Under the pieces are notes generated by a model. It was given only the letters and a program-made list of their open reading frames with translations, was not told the origin of the DNA and did not search any database. A stretch of 32,000 bases of DNA from Ruminococcus albus 7 = DSM 20455 (GTDB lineage Bacteria; Bacillota; Clostridia; Oscillospirales; Ruminococcaceae). A program made the position numbers and the translations under genes. Location: NCBI RefSeq assembly GCF_000179635.2, contig NC_014833.1, forward strand, positions 2,700,001 through 2,732,000, given 5' to 3'. Of the stretch, positions 25,780 through 32,000 are shown one piece after another; the first letter of the stretch is position 1; each line of letters opens with the position of its first letter.

Positions 25780-27768
25780 TCAGCCGTTATTGTTATTCGT
25801 ATCACCGCGTCTGACTCTGCGATGACGTCGGTGCGGTATCATACCCGTCACCCTGTCTATCGGACCCAGTGTACCGAATTCGATATAATCAAGTATAAAT
25901 TCATATATCGAACTGCGGTATACTATTATGAGTACTATAAGCTCTATCAGGAACAGGAACCAGCCAAGGTCACTGAGTATCAGTGTACCAAGGAAAAAGT
26001 CCAGTGATACCACAGCAAATGCGATATATCTTTTCTTTTTAAAGTACTTGACTATCGGTGCAGCACACATCACGAACATCAGCCCGGCGCCGAATATACG
26101 GCTGAACAGCAGCCATATCAGTGCCGAACAAAGCACCTGACAGAAAAGGAATATCTTTGGTGCATCTATCTTTATGCCGAGGGCATAGCCCGCAGCCAGC
26201 ACAAGTATCAGAGGTATGCACTTGAACAGCAGGTTGAGCCCTGCAAACGCCACAACTCCCGCGGCGATGAACGACAGCTTCTTGGTACCGAGGTTCGTTA
26301 CCTTCTCTGCTATGCGCTTTGGCATAAAGCGGAAGAACAGACTGCTTATAGACTCCATATTTATAACGAACACCGCACAGAACAGTGCAAGCACTGCCAG
26401 ATACAGCAGCTTATGGTGCATAAGATCAGGTTCCATAACAAGAATAACAGTCATCAGCATTACAAGCACGTTGCTGACTATCATCTTGCGGATATCCATT
26501 TTAAAAGGAACTATCTTCCTGGAATCAAAAGCACGGATAATGAACACCGTCATATAGCTTGCGATAGTCGAAAGAGGCGGTCCGTAAAGACCTATGGTTG
26601 GTATCAGCACTATATTCAGCCCAACATTTATAGCACCCGAAATAAGGCTGGTCACAAGTGAACGCTTGGTAAGCTTGCTTGCAAGATACATACTGCCCAT
26701 AAATGTTGTAAGGCAGGAGAATATAGTAGAATATATCAGCAGGGGTGAATACTTGACGCATTCACGAAATTCTTCGCCTATCCAGACATTCGTTATTGGC
26801 TGTACGATGAACAGACAGCCTGCCGCAAGAATATAAAGCAGGCTCTGGTTGAAATCAAATACCTTTTCGTAGAACGTATCCCTGTCCTCGGAATCGTTCT
26901 CGGTTATGGCTGACATATTCCACGCCTGCCCGAACATCATATAGACCGTAGCCACAAGATTCGGTATCTTGTACGCCGCAGAAAGCACGCCGTTCCTGTC
27001 CTCACCGATGTAGTGTGTTGTCATGAAGCTGTCTGAGCTGTTGGTTATCAGCCACAGCAGCTGTGCAGGTATCAGCGGTACGGAATACTGGAGCATAGTA
27101 TGCAGGAGTTCCCTGTCCATATCCTTAAAGTCGATATACCGCCACAGTTTCGCCGCTATAGTCACAAATACCGCAGTTATCGCATCGGATAATATGGTTG
27201 ACAGCAGGTACTTCTGTATACCCGTATTCGCACCGAGGAAATTTTCCGGGAGCACCAGGTAGAACATAACCATGAAAAACAGTGTGAAGAACGTGGCGAC
27301 TATGCCCGCCACTGCGAAGAGCCGCACTTTTTCCATCGCCCGCACGAATGTCGTATACAATGTCTTTATACCCGACATGAATACATACAAAAACAACAAG
27401 AACGCGTAGCCGCTTATCCATTTATCCGCCACTCCGATAAGGCTCACCAGCCCGAGAATTGCCGCAAACAACAGCATACCCGCACCGCACACCAGATTTC
27501 CCAGTGTGAATACCTTTTTCTTATCGTAAGCCTTGTCCAGACCGAAGCGTATTATAGCTTCGCTGATGGTCATAGTAGCGAGGGGGATTATCCAGTTGGC
27601 TATCTGGGTGAGGTAATCAGTCCTGCCAAGTTCCGACTGTGTCAGATGTTTGGTATATATCGGCACAAGCAGCAGCACCAGCACTTTTGAGCTGAATGAG
27701 CCGATGGCAAAGACGATGGTGTTCATCATCAGCTTGCCGTAGCTTGAGCCTATCCTTTTTTCACTCAT
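25780..27768 (-). CDS. MOP-superfamily polysaccharide/oligosaccharide flippase (Wzx/SpoVB-like) with an extra C-terminal multi-TM extension
   Basis: The N-terminus GKLMMNTIVFAIGSFSSKVLVLLLVPIYTKHLTQSELG is typical of the polysaccharide biosynthesis protein family. 662 aa against a usual length of about 480-540. The final 170 aa or so add 5-6 hydrophobic helices and a PHRRHRRVRRG tail. Confidence 0.8.
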   Translation of the reverse strand: MSEKRIGSSYGKLMMNTIVFAIGSFSSKVLVLLLVPIYTKHLTQSELGRTDYLTQIANWIIPLATMTISEAIIRFGLDKAYDKKKVFTLGNLVCGAGMLLFAAILGLVSLIGVADKWISGYAFLLFLYVFMSGIKTLYTTFVRAMEKVRLFAVAGIVATFFTLFFMVMFYLVLPENFLGANTGIQKYLLSTILSDAITAVFVTIAAKLWRYIDFKDMDRELLHTMLQYSVPLIPAQLLWLITNSSDSFMTTHYIGEDRNGVLSAAYKIPNLVATVYMMFGQAWNMSAITENDSEDRDTFYEKVFDFNQSLLYILAAGCLFIVQPITNVWIGEEFRECVKYSPLLIYSTIFSCLTTFMGSMYLASKLTKRSLVTSLISGAINVGLNIVLIPTIGLYGPPLSTIASYMTVFIIRAFDSRKIVPFKMDIRKMIVSNVLVMLMTVILVMEPDLMHHKLLYLAVLALFCAVFVINMESISSLFFRFMPKRIAEKVTNLGTKKLSFIAAGVVAFAGLNLLFKCIPLILVLAAGYALGIKIDAPKIFLFCQVLCSALIWLLFSRIFGAGLMFVMCAAPIVKYFKKKRYIAFAVVSLDFFLGTLILSDLGWFLFLIELIVLIIVYRSSIYEFILDYIEFGTLGPIDRVTGMIPHRRHRRVRRGDTNNNNG

Positions 27769-27804
27769 TTATCTTTCCCTCATTATTTATTGAGATACTA
27801 TATT

Positions 27805-27833
27805 AGTATAACACATATCCGCCATTATTGCAA
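27805..27833 (-). promoter_or_regulatory. Sigma-A promoter for the flippase gene
   Basis: Reverse strand reads TTGCAA-17 nt-TATACT with TGt. -35 at 27833-27828, -10 at 27810-27805. Confidence 0.55.
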
Positions 27834-27885
27834 GAATTTTATAAACAAATTTTCTGCAAGAGTGAAGCGGATTTTATGCGGAGGG

Positions 27886-28464
27886 TCAAGCCTGTTCATC
27901 AAGAGTCAGATCATAGGCGGGTATGAATTCTTCCATGAACACTTCAACCTCCGGCAGAGCCAGCTTATGTATGGCTTCGATGGTGGCTTTCTCAGCCGAA
28001 GCAAAATCCGAATTGCCCATTTTCCTCTCTTCGATACACTTTATCAGTGCTGAGAGCTTATCCGCGCCCTTCACAAGCTTCCAGAGTTCCTTCTCCTCCT
28101 CTGTGGGAACAAGAAGAGGTTCATAGTACTTTTTCAGGTCATCGGGCAGGTAGGATATTAGTGTATCCTTAGCCTTATTCTCCACCTCCCTGTATGCACC
28201 CTTGATCTCCTTGCTGTAATACTTTATCGGTGTGGGAAGATCACCTGTAATGATCTCGGTGGTATCGTGGAACATGGCAAGCAGCGCACATCTTTCTGCA
28301 TTGACATCACCGCCGAACCGTTCGTTGCGGATAAGTGCCAGCGCATGGGCGATAAATGCCACTTCAAGCGAATGCTCACTGATGTTCTCCTTGATAGTAT
28401 TGCGCATCAGTGCCCAGCGGTTGATGTATTTCATACGTGAGATAACAGCAAAAAATCTATCCAT
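27886..28464 (-). CDS. yfbR: HD-domain 5'-deoxynucleotidase
   Basis: Trimmed to ATG 28464 (AAAGGAG 9 nt upstream). RMKYINRWALMRNTIKENISEHSLEVAFIAHALA...NAERCALLAMFHDTTEIITGDLPTPIKY aligns end to end with E. coli YfbR as I remember it. Confidence 0.88.
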   Translation of the reverse strand: MDRFFAVISRMKYINRWALMRNTIKENISEHSLEVAFIAHALALIRNERFGGDVNAERCALLAMFHDTTEIITGDLPTPIKYYSKEIKGAYREVENKAKDTLISYLPDDLKKYYEPLLVPTEEEKELWKLVKGADKLSALIKCIEERKMGNSDFASAEKATIEAIHKLALPEVEVFMEEFIPAYDLTLDEQA

Positions 28465-28481
28465 GATCATGTACTCCTTTA

Positions 28482-29312
28482 TCATTTATCTTTGGTGTCA
28501 GCATTGTTTCCGCCGACTGTTCTGCCGCGGTATTCCGTTGGTGTCATACCCTCAGCCCTGCGGAATGCTCTGCTGAAATATTTTTCATCCGCATAACCGC
28601 AGGAATATGCGACCTCTTTTATGCTTACAGTACTCTCCGAAAGCAGATCCCTTGCGAGTTCCGTTCTGCAGCTGTTCAAAAAATTGTACAGCGTTTCACC
28701 TGTTTCCCTGCGAAACCTGGAAGAAAGGTGATCGGGAGAATAATGGAACCTTTCAGCGATATCCGCAACAGTGAGCCTGCGATGACAATTGCTGCGCACC
28801 CACGCCCTGACCTTATGCACAAGCGGACTTACTCCCGACTCCTCTGCCCCTGCCTGGTATGAACATTCAAGCAGCAGCAGTTTAAGTGCACAAAGGGTCA
28901 TTTCCGCGGCTGAAGCGTCATCACGACGGGAACAATCCAGCATTATTCCAAAAAGCCTTCGGAGCCTGCCTGAATTAGTTACTGCAAAGCTTTCAGGCAG
29001 ACGACAGGCATATCCGTCAGCAGAAGACGTGCTCCATTCACTTTCTGTACAAAAATGCACCCACATATATGATAACTTGCCCTTGCTGCGCTTTGTGCCG
29101 AAATGTTCCAGTCCGCGTGCAAGAAGTATGGTCTCACCGGCATTGACCTCAAATTCCCTGCCGTCCTGTGTGATATACAGCGTACCCTCAACCACAAGTA
29201 TCAGCACATGGCAGTCAAGCACACGGCGCATATGAATAAAACCATCCTCAGCTTCAAGGTCACCCGCCACAAGATATCTCAGGCTTTCAAGTTCGGTCGC
29301 ATAGAAATCCAT
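28482..29312 (-). CDS. AraC-family transcriptional regulator (N-terminal cupin-like sensor, C-terminal double HTH)
   Basis: The C-terminus LTVADIAERFHYSPDHLSSRFRRETGETLYNFLNSCRTELARDLL...IKEVAYSCGYADEKYFSRAFRRAEGMTPTEYR is the AraC/XylS signature. Confidence 0.9.
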   Translation of the reverse strand: MDFYATELESLRYLVAGDLEAEDGFIHMRRVLDCHVLILVVEGTLYITQDGREFEVNAGETILLARGLEHFGTKRSKGKLSYMWVHFCTESEWSTSSADGYACRLPESFAVTNSGRLRRLFGIMLDCSRRDDASAAEMTLCALKLLLLECSYQAGAEESGVSPLVHKVRAWVRSNCHRRLTVADIAERFHYSPDHLSSRFRRETGETLYNFLNSCRTELARDLLSESTVSIKEVAYSCGYADEKYFSRAFRRAEGMTPTEYRGRTVGGNNADTKDK

Positions 29313-29336
29313 ATCCTCACCCGCTTTCTGTTCACA

Positions 29337-29365
29337 ATTATATCACCGCGCATACATGATGTCAA
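29337..29365 (-). promoter_or_regulatory. Perfect-consensus sigma-A promoter for araC-yfbR
   Basis: Reverse strand reads TTGACA-17 nt-TATAAT with TGa. -35 at 29365-29360, -10 at 29342-29337. Confidence 0.65.
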
Positions 29366-29435
29366 TAATTATTATACGGCAGGTTCTCTTGTGTACAATA
29401 TTATGTACTGATATTATTTTAATGGATCAACCACC

Positions 29436-29463
29436 AAAAACGCCCCCGAATCCTCGGAGGCGT
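29436..29463 (-). terminator. Intrinsic terminator after asp23-fakA
   Basis: The minus strand reads ACGCC-t-CCG aggatt CGG-g-GGCGT followed by TTTTTGG. Confidence 0.7.
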
Positions 29464-29472
29464 CTGATAATA

Positions 29473-31128
29473 TCATTCCACAGAGATGATGTAGTAGTAA
29501 ACAGGCTGTCCGCCGTTTATAAGGTTTACATCAAGATTTGAATACTTGTTGCTTATCTGCTTGTAAAGTGCCTGAGCCGAATCATCGGTAACATCTGAAC
29601 CGTAAATAACAGTGATATATGAGCTGTCACCCTTTACCAGCTTCTTAGTCAGCTTGAACGCTGCCTTTGCAAGGTCTTTGTCCACGAACGAAAGTCTGCC
29701 GTTATCCATAGCAAGTATCTCACCCTGCTTGATCGAATGACCCTCGTAATCAGAATCACGAGCCGCAAAGGTTATCTGTCCCGTAGATACCCGCTCGATA
29801 GCTGCTGTCATCTCGATACGATTAGTATTGAAATCAGCATCGGGATCATATGCAAGCATAGCCGACATACCCTGGGGGATAGTCCTGGTCTGCAGTACGC
29901 ATACCTTTCTGTCGGCAAGCTTTACTGCCTGTTCTGCCGCCATGATGATATTCTTGTTGTTGGGCAGTACGAATACTGTCTTTGCAGGACAGCTCATGAT
30001 AGCTTCAAGTATATCCTGTGTGGAGGGGTTCATGGTCTGACCGCCCTTTACAACACAGTCAACACCGAGGTCCTTGAACATGGTCTCGATACCGTTGCCT
30101 GCGGCTACTGCAACAAAGCCGAACTCGTTGGTCTGCTCAGCGGGAGTAAAGGCGCTCTTGGCTTTTTTCTGCTCCTTCTCATGCTGGAGCTTCATGTTCT
30201 CCACCTTAGGGAAGTTTATATAACCGAATTCAAGGCCTTTTTCAATAGCCTTGCCGGGGTTGTTGGTGTGTACGTGCACCTTGATTATCTCATCATCATC
30301 AACTACGACCACGCAGTCACCGATAGTCTCAAGGTATGCCCTCAGCTTGATGGGGTCATCACAATCGGGCTTTTTGGTTATGAGCATCTCGGTGCAATAG
30401 GTGAAGTTTATCTCAGCATCATACTGACCTACTACCGATGAGAATGTATCCACGGTAACAGCACCCTCGGCCTCAACAGTCTTCTTTTCCACAGGCTGAG
30501 CCTTCTGCTCAACTATCTCACCGCCCTCAAATACATCTCGCATAGCCTCAAATATTATCAGCAGACCCATTCCGCCTGCATCCACAACACCTGCTTTAGC
30601 AAGTGCCGGCAGAAGCTTGGGTGTCTTATCAAGAGTGATCTTTGCCTGTGCGCATACATCAGCCATGACAGCCCGTGGATCATTTGTGGACTTCAGTGTT
30701 TCCCTTGCCTTTTCAGCCGCTTCCCTCGCCACCGTGAGTATAGTACCCTCAGTGGGCTTCATTACCGACTTGTACGCGCCCTGAACACCAAGTTCCAGCG
30801 AATTTACAAGATCTTCGGCACCCATCTCGCTCTTTCCTGCAAGACCCTTTGAGAATCCTCTGAATATAAGAGAAAGTATAACGCCCGAATTTCCTCTTGC
30901 ACCCCTCAGCAGACATGATGCCGCTGTGCTTGCAACAGTACTTACAGGTACATTATCACCCAGATTCTCAAGTTCAGCCACCGAATTATTTATCGTCATG
31001 GACATATTTGATCCCGTATCACCATCAGGCACGGGAAATACATTGAGCTCGTCCACAGACTTCTTTTTATTTGTGATACTGTGCGCACCGCTGATAAAAG
31101 CACGGCGCAGCATATTTCCGTTTATCAC
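29473..31128 (-). CDS. fakA: Fatty acid kinase ATP-binding subunit FakA (DAK2-domain protein, YloV)
   Basis: GTG start with AGGAGG 8 nt upstream. NVFPVPDGDTGSNM, GARGNSGVILS and the C-terminal ...GGQPVYYYIISVE match S. aureus FakA / B. subtilis YloV. It lies downstream of an Asp23 gene, as in those organisms. Confidence 0.88.
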   Translation of the reverse strand: MINGNMLRRAFISGAHSITNKKKSVDELNVFPVPDGDTGSNMSMTINNSVAELENLGDNVPVSTVASTAASCLLRGARGNSGVILSLIFRGFSKGLAGKSEMGAEDLVNSLELGVQGAYKSVMKPTEGTILTVAREAAEKARETLKSTNDPRAVMADVCAQAKITLDKTPKLLPALAKAGVVDAGGMGLLIIFEAMRDVFEGGEIVEQKAQPVEKKTVEAEGAVTVDTFSSVVGQYDAEINFTYCTEMLITKKPDCDDPIKLRAYLETIGDCVVVVDDDEIIKVHVHTNNPGKAIEKGLEFGYINFPKVENMKLQHEKEQKKAKSAFTPAEQTNEFGFVAVAAGNGIETMFKDLGVDCVVKGGQTMNPSTQDILEAIMSCPAKTVFVLPNNKNIIMAAEQAVKLADRKVCVLQTRTIPQGMSAMLAYDPDADFNTNRIEMTAAIERVSTGQITFAARDSDYEGHSIKQGEILAMDNGRLSFVDKDLAKAAFKLTKKLVKGDSSYITVIYGSDVTDDSAQALYKQISNKYSNLDVNLINGGQPVYYYIISVE

Positions 31129-31181
31129 TGCTTGCTCCTCCTAATCAAAAGATATGAACAGACCCCATAACAAAAAAATTA

Positions 31182-31529
31182 TCAATCAGTCATCTCATCA
31201 ACATAAACGTTAACAGACTTGACCGTTATACCTGCTTCATTTGTCAGAACATAATTGACCTTATGTATGATGCTGTCAACAATAGCGCCGACATTTACAC
31301 CGTAAGTAACAGTTATATGAAGGTCTACGACCAGTTCGTCGCCATCCTGCGAGATTATGACTCCCTTAGTGGTATTCTGGCGTTTCAGCATAGCATTTAC
31401 GCCCTGCTTTGCACCATATACGTTAAGTCCCGCTACACCAAAGCAGTTTTCAGCAGTGTTGGATATGAGCTGCCTCAGATATCCTGTAGATATGCCGATA
31501 GTACCAAGATGATTTTTTATTTTGATCAT
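31182..31529 (-). CDS. Asp23/Gls24-family (alkaline shock / YloU-like) protein
   Basis: 115 aa. GTIGISTGYLRQLISNTAENCFGVAG...VDLHITVTYGVNVGAIVDSIIHKVNYVL is typical of the Asp23 family. GGGAGG SD 7 nt upstream. Confidence 0.88.
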   Translation of the reverse strand: MIKIKNHLGTIGISTGYLRQLISNTAENCFGVAGLNVYGAKQGVNAMLKRQNTTKGVIISQDGDELVVDLHITVTYGVNVGAIVDSIIHKVNYVLTNEAGITVKSVNVYVDEMTD

Positions 31530-31570
31530 ACAAAAGCCTCCCTCGGTCAGATAAAATCTATTTAAACTAC

Positions 31571-31599
31571 ATTATATCATATACCTTCGGATTTTTCAA
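31571..31599 (-). promoter_or_regulatory. Sigma-A promoter for asp23-fakA
   Basis: Reverse strand reads TTGAAA-17 nt-TATAAT with TGa. -35 at 31599-31594, -10 at 31576-31571. Confidence 0.6.
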
Positions 31600-31796
31600 G
31601 AGATTTAAAAAATATTTTATCCGTTGCTCACCTGAGTTCCATAAATGATGACCTGAGGTACATTTTAGACAGATTTTTTTGTACAGGCTGTAAACACATT
31701 TTTAAATCATATAAACATGGTAGGAAATACTGCACAAAGTCACACCACCAAATCATGGAAACATTTGTCTGAATAAGATAAATACGATAAACCCTA

Positions 31797-31825
31797 TTGA
31801 CTTAGTGGGATATATATGTTATAAT
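31797..31825 (+). promoter_or_regulatory. Sigma-A promoter for the sufC-like operon
   Basis: TTGACT (31797-31802)-17 nt-TATAAT (31820-31825), preceded by TGt. Confidence 0.6.
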
Positions 31826-31877
31826 ACATCATATCATACTAAACAACTCGGAAATATTCTTTGAAAGGACGTTTGTC

Positions 31878-32000
31878 ATGTCAGAATTATTAAAGATAGA
31901 AGATCTGGCTGTTTCAGCTGAAGATAAGGAGCTGCTTCACAGCGTAACGATCACAATAGGTGAAGGCGAAACTCATGTACTCATGGGACAGAACGGTGCA
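31878..32000 (+). CDS. sufC: ABC ATPase, SufC-like (Fe-S cluster assembly); only the first 41 codons are in the window
   Basis: ATG 31878 after AAAGGA. MSELLKIEDLAVSAEDKELLHSVTITIGEGETHVLMGQNGA resembles the SufC N-terminus up to the start of the Walker A motif. Too short for certainty. Confidence 0.55.
   Translation, partial: MSELLKIEDLAVSAEDKELLHSVTITIGEGETHVLMGQNGA

Noticed and set aside
31777-31791. GATAAA-tac-GATAAA just upstream of the suf promoter -35, which is Fur/PerR-box-like.
   Set aside because: These are two short AT-rich hexamers with no dyad symmetry. That is too little information to call a metalloregulator site.
31600-31796. About 200 bp of unassigned DNA between the divergent asp23 and suf promoters, considered as a possible sRNA or small ORF.
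   Set aside because: I found no promoter/terminator pair and no stable hairpin. The only ORFs (for example a 19-aa ORF starting at the ATG in aacatggtagg) lack an SD.

Overview
This is a chromosomal, mostly core-genome window from a moderate-GC Firmicute. The gene content (GH94 cellobiose phosphorylase, PilC-type pilus platform protein, FakA/Asp23, DUF1934-argS) and the abundance of TGn-extended -10 promoters suggest a cellulolytic Clostridia (Ruminococcus-like) organism, but I cannot verify the taxon without a search. I call 28 CDS, 26 of them complete, at high coding density. I recognise no rRNA, tRNA, CRISPR array, transposase, integrase or known defence gene.

Several ORF-track starts were trimmed to the start codon that has a proper Shine-Dalgarno sequence. 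The track also missed the PilC/GspF-family gene that is open at the left edge.

Thirteen near-consensus sigma-A promoters, all with exactly 17-nt spacers, and eight hairpin terminators give this operon map:
- Minus strand: asp23-fakA | araC-yfbR | flippase-ydbC | ROK-folC-yfcE | PAS-GGDEF*-EAL | pseudokinase-HK-RR | amino-acid ABC importer | small membrane protein | cbp | RHH gene | recG (perhaps with the downstream membrane protein) | pilC.
- Plus strand: the orphan lipoprotein gene, ddl-murI-DUF1934-argS, and sufC.

I do not see a convincing defence-island-type novelty. The best candidates for something undescribed are:
1. A translationally coupled three-gene signalling module in which a 7TM histidine-kinase paralogue has lost its ATP-binding residues, and apparently its phospho-acceptor His (11803-15441).
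2. A sharply AT-rich single-gene islet encoding a 445-aa orphan lipoprotein, with a divergent RHH regulator and tandem operator-like repeats (4386-6136).

All family assignments come from motif recognition by eye, not from database searches.
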